Shown here in pieces: positions 7,626 to 18,727 of a DNA stretch of 37,033 nucleotides. This DNA comes from Actinomycetes bacterium (GTDB lineage Bacteria > Actinomycetota > Actinomycetes > JAKEEW01), in assembly GCA_036257435.1 (NCBI GenBank), contig DATAFN010000233.1:1-37033 (forward strand), in the 5' to 3' direction. The notes under the pieces were generated by a model. It had not been told where the DNA came from. It did not search any database and was given only the letters and a program-made list of their open reading frames with translations. The first letter of the stretch is position 1. Every line of letters begins with the position of its first letter. A program made the position numbers and the translations under genes.

Positions 7626-8900
7626 CTACTCGGCCGGCGTGATCGGGCTGTGGCGCACCCGGCGCAGCTCGGCGGCGTCGAGACCGGCCAGCACGAGCAC
7701 CTCCGCCTCGTCCACCGCTCCGCAGTCGAGTCCCCGCACCAGCACGTCGGCCAGGGCCCGGGCGGTGGCCGGCTCGTCCAGTACCCCGCCCGCGACCTTG
7801 TCGAGATAGGCACGCAACCGTGCGGCGGCGGCCGGCAGTGCCTCCCGGTAGAAGCCGTAGGTGGCCGCGAACCGGGTGGGCAGCTGCGCGGGGTGCAGGT
7901 CCCAGCCCTGGTAGAACGCGCGTTCCAGGGAACGCCGAACCAGCCTGGCGTGCAACCGCAATGCCTCAAGGACTGCCGCCTTGGAGCCGACCGGCAGCAC
8001 GTTCGTCGAACCGTCCGACAGCCGCACACCGGTGCCGGCGGCTGCGATCTGCATGAGCGCCTTCGCCTGGTCGGCAGCGGGGTGCTCGAGGCTCTGGAAC
8101 CCGCCCGCAACGCCGATCGCCGCACTGTAGTCGTACGTGCCGTAGTGCAGCCCGACGCAGCGGCCCGCGGATGCGTGCACGAACTGGGCCACCGTTACCG
8201 TGCCCGACGCGCCAAGCACCGACTGCGGCGTCTCGATCTGCAGCTCGAACCGCAACCGGCCCGCCGGCAGCCGGTAGGCCGCCTCCAGCCGCGCACACAC
8301 GTCGACCAGCGCCTCGACCTGTTCCACCGCCGTCACCTTGGGAAATGTGATCACGAACCCGGCTGGCAACGGTGCATCCGCGAGCATCGCGGCGAGGAAC
8401 AGGTCGAGCGTGCGCAGCCCGCGCCGGCGGGTGGCCGGCTCCAGGCTCTTCACCCGAAGGCCGACGAACGGCGGCAGTGCCCGCTCGGCACGCGCTCCGG
8501 CCAGCGCCACCGCGGCATGAACGGCGGCGGCATCCTCCTGTGCCACCGGCCGGTGACCGTACCCGTCCTCGAAGTCGATCCGCAGGTCCTCGATCGGCTC
8601 GGCCGCAAGCTTCAGCGCTACCCGGTCGTACACGGCCGCCGCGAGCGACGGCTCCAACCCCGCGATCGAGCCCAGCTCGGCCGGCGTGGACGCGTGCGCG
8701 GCAAGCGTGGCGAGCGCGGTCGCGCCCCATTCTGGCACCAGCTCCGCATGGAACCGGTCGGCGGGCAGGTAGACGGTGTGCACCGGCTGGCGGGTCCCGG
8801 GGTCGCCCGGATAGGCGCGCGCGAGCGCGGCGTCCGCCGTGGCAAGCCGGTCGTCGATCGCGGCCAGATCGGCCGCGGTGAGCCTGGCCTCGTACTCCAT
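7626..8900 (-). CDS. Uncharacterised protein, HpcH/HpaI-aldolase / citrate-lyase-beta (CitE)-like; possibly the family catalogued as DUF6986
   Basis: The ATG at 8900 gives 424 aa, MEYEARLTAADLAAIDDRL... An IDFEDGYG segment resembles the DxEDG/A acidic motif of the CitE/HpcH/malate-synthase TIM-barrel superfamily. The portion of the 591-aa track ORF upstream of 8900 overlaps aceB out of frame. The family call is from memory and motif only. Confidence 0.55.
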   Translation of the reverse strand: MEYEARLTAADLAAIDDRLATADAALARAYPGDPGTRQPVHTVYLPADRFHAELVPEWGATALATLAAHASTPAELGSIAGLEPSLAAAVYDRVALKLAAEPIEDLRIDFEDGYGHRPVAQEDAAAVHAAVALAGARAERALPPFVGLRVKSLEPATRRRGLRTLDLFLAAMLADAPLPAGFVITFPKVTAVEQVEALVDVCARLEAAYRLPAGRLRFELQIETPQSVLGASGTVTVAQFVHASAGRCVGLHYGTYDYSAAIGVAGGFQSLEHPAADQAKALMQIAAAGTGVRLSDGSTNVLPVGSKAAVLEALRLHARLVRRSLERAFYQGWDLHPAQLPTRFAATYGFYREALPAAAARLRAYLDKVAGGVLDEPATARALADVLVRGLDCGAVDEAEVLVLAGLDAAELRRVRHSPITPAE

Positions 8901-8914
8901 GACGGCTGGCCGGC

Positions 8915-10516
8915 TCAGTCGATCAGATCGAGCGCCGGCACGGTGAGGAAGTCGGCGAAGTCGTCGGCGAGGGCGACCCGTTCGAACAGATCCCGAGCGT
9001 CCTTGAACCGCCCGGCGTCGAACGCCGCCGCACCCATCTCGGCCCGGATGGAGCTCAGCTCCTCCTCGACAATCCGCCGGACCAGCTCCGCGGTGACCGC
9101 CTGGCCGGTGTCGGCGAGCGCGACCCCGTTGTGCACCCACTGCCATACCTGCGACCGGGAGATCTCCGCCGTGGCCGCGTCCTCCATCAGGTTGTGGATC
9201 GCCGCCGCGCCGTTGCCGCGCAGCCACGCCTCGATGTAGCGCAGGCCGACGTCCACGTTTAGCCGGAGCCCGGCCTCGGTGACCGCGCCCGTCGTAGCGG
9301 CGATATCGAGCAGGTCGTCCGCGCCGACCGCGACCTCGGGGCGCAGCCGGTCGAGCTGGTTCGGCGCGTCGCCGAGGGTACGGTCGAACACCTCCATGCA
9401 CACCGGGACCAGGTCCGGATGCGCCACCCAGGATCCGTCGAAACCGTCGGCCGCTTCGCGTTCCTTGTCCTGCCTGACTTTCTCCAGCGCGCGCTCGTTG
9501 ACCTCCGGGTCGCGCCGGCTCGGGATAAACGCCGCCATCCCGCCCATCGCGAACGCGCCGCGCCGGTGGCAGGTCGCGACCAGCAGTTCGGTGTACGCGC
9601 GCATGAACGGTGCGGTCATCGTCACCGCCGCGCGGTCGGGCAGCACGAAGTCCGGCCCGGCGTCCCGGAAGTTCTTGATGATGCTGAACAGGTAGTCCCA
9701 GCGGCCGGCATTCAGCCCGGACGCGTGGTCACGTAGCTCGTAGAGGATCTCGTCCATCTCGAACGCGGCGGGGATCGTCTCGATCAGTACGGTCGCCCGG
9801 ATCGTCCCGTTCGGGATGCCGAGAGCCTCCTGGGCATGCCGGAATACCTCGTTCCAGAGCCGCGCCTCCAGGTGACTCTCGATCTTCGGTAGATAGAAGT
9901 ACGGCCCGCTGCCGCGCTCGAGTAACTCGGCCGCGTTGTGGAAGAAGTACAGCCCGAAGTCCACCAGCGCGCCGACGGCCGGACGACCGTTCACCACGAC
10001 GTGCCGCTCGTCCAGGTGCCAGCCGCGCGGCCTGACCACGATGGTGGCCAGCCGCACATCCGTGCGCAGCTGGTACGACTTCCCATCCGGCGAGCTGAAC
10101 GAGATTTCGCGGCGGATCGCGTCCCACAGGTTGACCTGACCCCCGATCACGTTGGCCCAGTGCGGGGTGTTCGCGTCCTCGAGGTCAGCCAGCCAGACCC
10201 GGGCGCCGGAGTTGAGCGCGTTGATGGACATCTTCCGCTCGGTCGGCCCGGTGATCTCGACCCGGCGGTCGGTCAGATCGGCCGGCGTCTGGGCAACCGT
10301 CCAGTCCCCGGCGCGTACCGCGGCGGTGTCGGGCCGGAAGTCCAGCCGGTGCGTGCGCGCCAGCTCGGCGCGCCGGCTCGCCCGCTGGGCAAGCAACTCA
10401 TCCCTGGTGGGCCCGAACCGCCGCTGTAACTGCGCGACGAACTCGAGGGCGTCTGGAGTGAGGATCTCCGTGCCCCGGTCGACCACCGCACCGGTTAACT
10501 GGATGCCGTCCACCAT
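8915..10516 (-). CDS. aceB: Malate synthase A
   Basis: ..[76 protein letters not shown].. are canonical malate synthase A blocks. ATG 10516 has GAGG 6 nt upstream; GTG 10549 is the longest alternative. Confidence 0.92.
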   Translation of the reverse strand: MVDGIQLTGAVVDRGTEILTPDALEFVAQLQRRFGPTRDELLAQRASRRAELARTHRLDFRPDTAAVRAGDWTVAQTPADLTDRRVEITGPTERKMSINALNSGARVWLADLEDANTPHWANVIGGQVNLWDAIRREISFSSPDGKSYQLRTDVRLATIVVRPRGWHLDERHVVVNGRPAVGALVDFGLYFFHNAAELLERGSGPYFYLPKIESHLEARLWNEVFRHAQEALGIPNGTIRATVLIETIPAAFEMDEILYELRDHASGLNAGRWDYLFSIIKNFRDAGPDFVLPDRAAVTMTAPFMRAYTELLVATCHRRGAFAMGGMAAFIPSRRDPEVNERALEKVRQDKEREAADGFDGSWVAHPDLVPVCMEVFDRTLGDAPNQLDRLRPEVAVGADDLLDIAATTGAVTEAGLRLNVDVGLRYIEAWLRGNGAAAIHNLMEDAATAEISRSQVWQWVHNGVALADTGQAVTAELVRRIVEEELSSIRAEMGAAAFDAGRFKDARDLFERVALADDFADFLTVPALDLID

Positions 10517-10573
10517 GCCCGCCTCTCGCTGGAGCCGACCCCGGCTCACCGGGTGTCATCCGTCGTGGGCAGC

Positions 10574-11344
10574 CTAAGGGCCAGCCGCGGGCAGCCTGAA
10601 GGCACGCAGCGGGTAGCGGTCTTGATGGATCCGGGCACGGTCCGGGTCGGGCAGTGCGCGCAGGGCCGCGACCGTCGGCTCCACCTCGGCCTGCCAGGCG
10701 GTGTCGTCAAGATCCCACAGCACCGAGTACGTCCGCTCGCGGATGCGCTCGACGACCTCGCTCGGTACGGTCGGGTGCATCTCGTTGGCTATGACGGTCC
10801 GCTCGGCTAGCTCGAACCCCGCCGCGGCGGCCAGCGAGATGATCCGCTCCGGGGTGTCGGCGCGCTCGCCGCGCAGCCGCGCCTGCATCCCGCGCACCAG
10901 GCGGTCGACATCGGTGACCAGTTCGGTCGGCGTGGACAGGATCGCCACGAATGCACCGCCCGGCCGGAGCACCCGTGCCACTTCGGCCAGCACCGCGCCC
11001 GGATCGGCGACCACGTGCAGCACCCAGGTGGCATAGGCACCGGTCATCGACTCGGTCGCGATCGGCAGCCGGTGCACATCGGCCACCGCGACCCGCGATC
11101 CGAGCCGCTCCGCGGCCTTGACCAGCATCGCCGGCGAGAGATCGACGCCCAGCACGTCCAGTCCAGCCCGCCGCAGTGCCAGCGCAACCGCGCCGGTCCC
11201 GACCCCGACCTCGAGGATCGGCCCCCGGCCGGCCAGCCAGGGCCGGATCCCGGACGCGAAGGCCGCCCCGCGCTCCTCCCCGCCCCGGGTCGCGTCGTAC
11301 GACTCGGCGATGCGCTCGAACGACAGCGACGGTATGTCAGCCAC
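10574..11344 (-). CDS. Class I SAM-dependent methyltransferase
   Basis: From GTG 11344 the protein reads VADIPSLSFERIAESYDATRGG..ILEVGVGTGAVALAL..LGVDLSPAML..VLRPGGAFV. These are motifs I and post-I of the Rossmann methyltransferase fold. The N-terminal 77 aa of the track ORF are an Arg/Ser-rich extension and were rejected. Confidence 0.8.
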   Translation of the reverse strand: MADIPSLSFERIAESYDATRGGEERGAAFASGIRPWLAGRGPILEVGVGTGAVALALRRAGLDVLGVDLSPAMLVKAAERLGSRVAVADVHRLPIATESMTGAYATWVLHVVADPGAVLAEVARVLRPGGAFVAILSTPTELVTDVDRLVRGMQARLRGERADTPERIISLAAAAGFELAERTVIANEMHPTVPSEVVERIRERTYSVLWDLDDTAWQAEVEPTVAALRALPDPDRARIHQDRYPLRAFRLPAAGP

Positions 11345-11405
11345 GGATCGGCCTCTCGACGACGACGGCCCGGCTGCAGTCGTATCCGGCCGACTATCCA
11401 CCAGG

Positions 11406-11951
11406 CTATGCGCCGGCCTGGGGTGCTGCCGCCTGGCCGAGCCGGTAGTTCCGCTCCGGCCGCCATACACCGTCCGGGCCGTGCTCGTACAGGCTGAACT
11501 CGGCCACCTCGAACCGCACGTGATAGCCGGACAGCGCGCCGAACGCTCGATCGAGCACGTCCTCGGGCACGTCATGCGCGATCGTCACGTGCGGGTGGTA
11601 CGGAAATCGCAGCTCCCGGCTCAGCGGCCCCGACCTGACCCGCGACTCGAGCCGCTCGCAGTCCGCGATGCCGATCGCGATCTGCACGAACACCACCGGC
11701 GAGATCGGCCGGAACGTTCCGGTGCCGCGCAGCACCAGCGGGAACGGTCCGGCTTCCCCGGCCGCCACCTCCTGCAAGTGTGCGTCGATCTTGATGAGCT
11801 CGCCCTCCGCCACCCGGGTCGGCGGCAGCAGCGTGATGTGCGCGGGGATCGCGTGCGCGGTCGGGTCGCCGAGCTGCTCGCGCCACGCCTGCAGTTGCGC
11901 TCCGTACGGTGGCGGAACGGCAACGGCCACGCCGATGTTGCGGGTGCCCAT
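11406..11951 (-). CDS. 2H phosphoesterase superfamily protein (2'-5' RNA ligase / LigT-like)
   Basis: 181 aa with two H-x-T-x motifs (AHITLLPP and HPHVTIAHD) at the spacing expected for the 2H fold. Confidence 0.8.
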   Translation of the reverse strand: MGTRNIGVAVAVPPPYGAQLQAWREQLGDPTAHAIPAHITLLPPTRVAEGELIKIDAHLQEVAAGEAGPFPLVLRGTGTFRPISPVVFVQIAIGIADCERLESRVRSGPLSRELRFPYHPHVTIAHDVPEDVLDRAFGALSGYHVRFEVAEFSLYEHGPDGVWRPERNYRLGQAAAPQAGA

Positions 11952-11977
11952 CGTGGCGGACGCGCTCTGCGGGGGCC

Positions 11978-14471
<2,494 letters not shown>

Positions 14472-14474
14472 TGC

Positions 14475-14502
14475 GATCCCAACACCGGCCGGGGTCGGGA
14501 TC
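14475..14502 (-). promoter_or_regulatory. Stem-loop overlapping the probable ribosome-binding site of the CNNM gene
   Basis: On the minus strand the sequence is GAUCCCGAC-cccggccggu-GUUGGGAUC (9 bp including one G-U pair). It ends 3 nt before the GTG start, and the only purine-rich SD-like stretch (GGGA) lies in the 3' arm. Confidence 0.3.
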
Positions 14503-14618
14503 CGCCGGTACTACATGGATCACCCACGACACCTAGCCTAGACACTGCGGCCGCGATCGAGTCGAGCCTGTTCGCGGCTCCCGGCGGCGCTCCCGAGTGA
14601 TCAGTAGCGGCGGTAGCT

Positions 14619-15836
14619 TCAGCCGGCCATCGCTCGGCGAAGGTTGTCGTCCAGCGTGGATAGGAACTCCTCGGTAGACAGCCATGCGGTGTCCGGGCCG
14701 ACGAGCAACGCCAGGTCCTTCGTCATCCGGCCGCTCTCCACGGTCTCGACGCAGACCCGCTCCAGCGTCTCGGCGAACCGGGCCACCTCCGGCGTGTCGT
14801 CGAGCTTGCCGCGATGGGTGAGCCCGCGGGTCCACGCGAAGATCGAGGCGATCGGGTTGGTAGAGGTCTGCTGACCGCGCTGGTGCGCCCGGTAGTGCCG
14901 GGTCACTGTGCCGTGCGCAGCCTCCGCCTCGACCGTGCGCCCGTCCGGGGTCATCAGCACCGAGGTCATCAGCCCGAGCGAGCCGAAGCCCTGCGCGATC
15001 GTGTCGGACTGCACGTCGCCGTCATAGTTCTTGCACGCCCAAAGGAAGCCGCCCTCCCACTTCAGCGCCTGCGCAACCATGTCGTCGATGAGCCGATGCT
15101 CGTACTCCAGCCCGGCCACCTTGAAGTCGGCGGCGAACTCGGTCTCGAAGACCTCGGCGAACAGGTCCTTGAACCGGCCGTCGTACGCCTTGAGGATCGT
15201 GTTCTTGGTGGACAGGTAGACCGGGTACTTGCGGTCCAGGCCGTACCGGAAGCAGGCGCGGGCGAAGTCGCGGATCGAGTCGTCGTAGTTGTACATGCCC
15301 AGCGCCACTCCACCGCCGGAGAAGTCGGCAACGGTGAACTCCATCGGCTCGCCGTCGTCGGACGGCGTGTAGGTGATGGTCACCCGGCCGGGCCCCGGGA
15401 CGACGAAGTCGGTGGCGCGGTACTGGTCGCCGTGTGCGTGGCGGCCGATCACGATCGGCTTCACCCAGCTCTGCACCAGCCGCGGCACGTTCGACATGAT
15501 GATCGGCTCGCGGAAGACGACCCCGCCGAGGATGTTGCGGATCGTCCCGTTGGGCGAGCGATACATGCGCTTGAGCCCGAACTCCTCGACCCGCGCCTCG
15601 TCCGGGGTGATGGTGGCGCACTTGACCCCTACCCCGTGCGCCTTGACGGCGTTGGCGGCGTCGACGGTGACCTGGTCGTCGGTGGCGTCCCGGTTCTGGA
15701 TGGACAGGTCGAAGTAGCGCAGATCGATGTCGAGATACGGCCGGATCAGCTGGTCCTTGATGAAGGCCCAGATGATCCTGGTCATCTCGTCGCCGTCGAG
15801 CTCGACGACCGGACCGACCACTTTGATCTTGTTCAT
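14619..15836 (-). CDS. icd: NADP-dependent isocitrate dehydrogenase (about 405-aa IDH1-like homodimeric type)
   Basis: [50 protein letters not shown].. is highly characteristic. An SD (GGGAGAG) lies upstream of the ATG at 15836. Confidence 0.95.
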   Translation of the reverse strand: MNKIKVVGPVVELDGDEMTRIIWAFIKDQLIRPYLDIDLRYFDLSIQNRDATDDQVTVDAANAVKAHGVGVKCATITPDEARVEEFGLKRMYRSPNGTIRNILGGVVFREPIIMSNVPRLVQSWVKPIVIGRHAHGDQYRATDFVVPGPGRVTITYTPSDDGEPMEFTVADFSGGGVALGMYNYDDSIRDFARACFRYGLDRKYPVYLSTKNTILKAYDGRFKDLFAEVFETEFAADFKVAGLEYEHRLIDDMVAQALKWEGGFLWACKNYDGDVQSDTIAQGFGSLGLMTSVLMTPDGRTVEAEAAHGTVTRHYRAHQRGQQTSTNPIASIFAWTRGLTHRGKLDDTPEVARFAETLERVCVETVESGRMTKDLALLVGPDTAWLSTEEFLSTLDDNLRRAMAG

Positions 15837-15959
15837 TCGCTAGCTCTCCCAACGACCTTCTCGATCATTACCGGCGCGGTACGCAGCTGAGCACCCGGAT
15901 TACCCGAGTTATCCGCACCCAACACCGTAATGATCGGGAATCGGGTCGGATGTTGACGG

Positions 15960-16916
15960 TTAGAGCGACTGGACGTCGGCCTGCTTGGCCCGGACCGCCT
16001 CGGCCGCCTCGAGCAGGCCGGCGCGCTCGGAGTCGGTGAGCGCGGTCTCGACGACCCTGCGCACGCCCTCCCGGCCGATCTCCGCCTCTACCCCGAGGTA
16101 CACCCCGGAGATGCCGTACTCGCCGTCCACCCACGCGCAGACCGGAAGCACCGCGCCGGAGTCCTCGGCCACCGCGCGAGCCATCCGGGCCGCGGCCGCC
16201 GACGGCGCGTAGTACGCCGACCCGGTCTTGAGCAGGCCGACGATCTCGGCGCCGCCGTTGCGGGTCCGGGTCACCAACTCCTCGACCTCGGCCGCGGACA
16301 GCAGATCGGTCAGTGGCTTGCCGTCAACCGTGCACCGGCTGGGTACCGGCACCATCGTGTCGCCGTGCGAGCCGAGCGTGAGGGTGCGCACCGACCCGAT
16401 CGGCACTGCGAGCTTGTCGGCGACGAAGTGGCTGAACCGCGCCGTGTCCAGCATCCCGGCCTGACCCATCACCCGGTTCCTCGGGAACCCGGTGGCCAGT
16501 TGGGTGAGCGCGGTCATCTCGTCCAGCGGGTTGGACACCACAATGATCACCGCGCCCGGCGCGTGCTTCGCGACGTTCTCCGAGACCTGCCGGACGATCT
16601 TTGCGTTGACCTCGATGAGATCCATCCGGCTCATTCCAGGCTTGCGGGGCAGGCCGGCAGTGACCACCACGATGTCCGAATCGGCGAGCACCTCGTAGCC
16701 CTCGCCGGCGGTGCCCGTGGTCTTGCCAGTGATCCGCGTCTCGTAGCCCTCGATCGGCCGGGACTGGTTCATGTCGAGGGCCAGACCCTCCGGCTTGCCC
16801 TCGATGATGTCGGTCAGTACGACCTCTTCGAAGATGTCGTACTCGGCCAGCCGCTGTGCGGTCGTCGAACCGTAGAAGCCGGCTCCGACGACGGTGACCT
16901 TGCCGTTGCGCGCCAT
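15960..16916 (-). CDS. mdh: Malate dehydrogenase (LDH-like MDH)
   Basis: ATG 16916 gives 318 aa, MARNGKVTVVGAGFYGSTTA..VVVTAGLPRKPGMSRMDL..GSHGDTMVP. It has the Rossmann GxGxxG motif and the catalytic His. Confidence 0.95.
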   Translation of the reverse strand: MARNGKVTVVGAGFYGSTTAQRLAEYDIFEEVVLTDIIEGKPEGLALDMNQSRPIEGYETRITGKTTGTAGEGYEVLADSDIVVVTAGLPRKPGMSRMDLIEVNAKIVRQVSENVAKHAPGAVIIVVSNPLDEMTALTQLATGFPRNRVMGQAGMLDTARFSHFVADKLAVPIGSVRTLTLGSHGDTMVPVPSRCTVDGKPLTDLLSAAEVEELVTRTRNGGAEIVGLLKTGSAYYAPSAAAARMARAVAEDSGAVLPVCAWVDGEYGISGVYLGVEAEIGREGVRRVVETALTDSERAGLLEAAEAVRAKQADVQSL

Positions 16917-16987
16917 GGGCGGATGCTCCAGATGTCTTGATACCGAGATACTGGGATGGACCTTAACCCAACCTCCGGCCGGGGTTG

Positions 16988-17545
16988 TCACGAGGGCGGA
17001 GGGACGACCAGTGCGAGCACCATAAGCCCGCCGCCCAGGCCGCCGAGCGCGATCACATCAACCAGCCGGCTGCGGACCGCGAGCAGCCCGGCCTGCCGGG
17101 CCGGCAGCACCAGCCGCAGCCCGGTCGCGAGCAGCACCGACGCAGCAAGCAGCACTGAGCCGCGGCGGAAGTGGTTCGCGGCCACGACGATCAATGAGAT
17201 CGCTACGCAGGACAGGACCAGGGCGATCGGCCACTCTCGCCACCGGCGCTCGATCCGAGCCGGCTGCACGATCGGCTCCGACGCCAGGATCTCGGCCGGG
17301 GGCGCCGGCGGTGGATCCGCCGGCACGGGCGGTACGGACCCGGGCGCAGCACGCGCCGGGGCGTCAGCAGGCCGTGCCTGGACCGCCCGGGCGTCGACCG
17401 GCGGGGCCTGGGCCGCCGGAGCGTCAACCGGCGGGGCCTGGACGGGCGGCGGGGCTTCGACCGGGGTAACCGCCGGCGGCCTGCGGTGTCGGCCACCCGG
17501 CCGGCGGGGCGCCGGGTTGTGTTCGGGCTCGGTTGGCGTGACCAC
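16988..17545 (-). CDS. Membrane protein with Pro/Ala-rich N-terminal region and DUF3017-like C-terminal transmembrane domain
   Basis: The C-terminal about 90 aa contain hydrophobic segments (WPIALVLSCVAISLIVVAA, VLLAASVLLATGL, VIALGGLGGGLMVLALVV). Position between folD/citrate synthase and mdh matches my recollection of a conserved actinobacterial arrangement. The start is uncertain: GTG 17545, TTG 17557 (TTGA overlap with the upstream stop) or GTG 17578. Confidence 0.6.
   Translation of the reverse strand: MVTPTEPEHNPAPRRPGGRHRRPPAVTPVEAPPPVQAPPVDAPAAQAPPVDARAVQARPADAPARAAPGSVPPVPADPPPAPPAEILASEPIVQPARIERRWREWPIALVLSCVAISLIVVAANHFRRGSVLLAASVLLATGLRLVLPARQAGLLAVRSRLVDVIALGGLGGGLMVLALVVPPPS
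17361..17450. repeat. Three degenerate tandem copies of a 30-nt unit inside the DUF3017-like gene
   Basis: gcgtcgaccggcggggcctgggccgccgga (17391-17420) is followed by gcgtcaaccggcggggcctggacgggcggc (17421-17450). A more diverged copy lies at 17361-17390. The copies encode (A/V)QAPPVDA(P/R)A-type decapeptides. Confidence 0.8.
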
Positions 17546-17553
17546 CGGCGCGC

Positions 17554-18681
17554 TCAACGCTCCTCGATCGGCACCCACTTCTGGTCACGCTCACCGATGT
17601 ACTCGCTGTCCGGCCGGATCAACCGGTTGTCGAGGTGCTGCTCGATGACGTGTGCGGTCCAGCCGCCCATTCGGGAGACGGCGAAGACCGGCGTGAACAG
17701 ATCGATGGGGATACCCAGGTAGTAGTAGACGCTGGCGGCGAAGAAGTCGACGTTGGGGTACAGGCCCTTGGCGTCGAGGACGACCTCCTCCATCCGCCGG
17801 GACATCTGGTAGTAGGTGGGGTCGCCGGTGATCCCGGCAAGCTCCTCCGACATCTGGCGCAGATGCGTGGCCCGCGGGTCCTCGGTCTTGTACACCCGGT
17901 GCCCGAATCCCATCAGCTTGCCGTGGGCGTCCAGCGTTTTCCGGACGAACGGCTCGACCCCGTCGACCCCGCCCTCGATCGACTGCAGCGTCTTGATCAC
18001 CGCCTCATTCGCGCCGCCGTGCAGCGGCCCACGCAACGCGCCCATCGCGGCGGTGATGGCGGAGTGCATGTCGGACAGCGTGGCGGCGACAACCCGCGCG
18101 GTGAACGTCGAGGCGTTCATGGTGTGGTCGGCGTGCAGAACCAGGCACTCGTCGAACATCTCCGTCGTCCGGGCGTCGGGCCGGCGGCCGGTGATCTGCA
18201 GCAGGAAGTTGCCGGCGATGCCGAGATCGTCGACCGGGTCGGGCAACGTCGCGCCAGTACGGGCGGCATGGTAGGTCGCGACCAGCAGCGGCATCTGCGC
18301 GACCAGGCGGATCGCCTTGCGCTGATTCGCTTCGGGGCCGGAGTCGGACGCGTCCGGATCGTCCACGGACAGCGCGGAGACTAGCGTGCGCAACGCCTCC
18401 ATCGGGCTGCCGGACTGCGTGACGTACGGCAGCACGGCCGGCGCGCTGGACCCGATCGTGCGCGCCTCAGCGAGCTCGGCGGTGAGCGCATCGAGCTCGG
18501 CGCAAGTGGGCAGGCTTCCCCGGACCAGCAGGTGGACGGTCTCCTCGAAGCTCGTCCGCCCGGCCAGATCGTGGATGTCGTAGCCGCGGTAGTACAGCCG
18601 CCCTGCCACCCCGTCCACATCGGACAGCGCGGTCGAGGCGGCGACCACATCGGCAAGCCCGCGGGCCGGCTTGTCGGCCAT
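17554..18681 (-). CDS. Citrate synthase, small (about 375 aa) CitA/2-methylcitrate-synthase-like type
   Basis: LVLHADHTMNASTF..GALRGPLHGGANE..GFGHRVYKTEDPRA..NVDFF.. carry the catalytic His/His/Asp citrate synthase signatures. A strong SD (GAGGAGGA) precedes the ATG at 18681. Confidence 0.9.
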   Translation of the reverse strand: MADKPARGLADVVAASTALSDVDGVAGRLYYRGYDIHDLAGRTSFEETVHLLVRGSLPTCAELDALTAELAEARTIGSSAPAVLPYVTQSGSPMEALRTLVSALSVDDPDASDSGPEANQRKAIRLVAQMPLLVATYHAARTGATLPDPVDDLGIAGNFLLQITGRRPDARTTEMFDECLVLHADHTMNASTFTARVVAATLSDMHSAITAAMGALRGPLHGGANEAVIKTLQSIEGGVDGVEPFVRKTLDAHGKLMGFGHRVYKTEDPRATHLRQMSEELAGITGDPTYYQMSRRMEEVVLDAKGLYPNVDFFAASVYYYLGIPIDLFTPVFAVSRMGGWTAHVIEQHLDNRLIRPDSEYIGERDQKWVPIEER

Positions 18682-18727
18682 GCGATCCTCCTCGAACTAG
18701 GACTCGGGGGTCGGGACCGGGCGTTCC

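Noticed and set aside
7464-9401. A pair of mirror-image 591-aa ORFs on opposite strands (7464..9239 plus, 7626..9401 minus). This looked like a possible overlapping-gene curiosity.
   Set aside because: The plus-strand ORF is Arg/Gly/Pro-rich with no motifs. The minus-strand ORF is real only from 8900 downwards; upstream of that it overlaps aceB out of frame. The equal length is a coincidence of stop-poor GC-rich frames.
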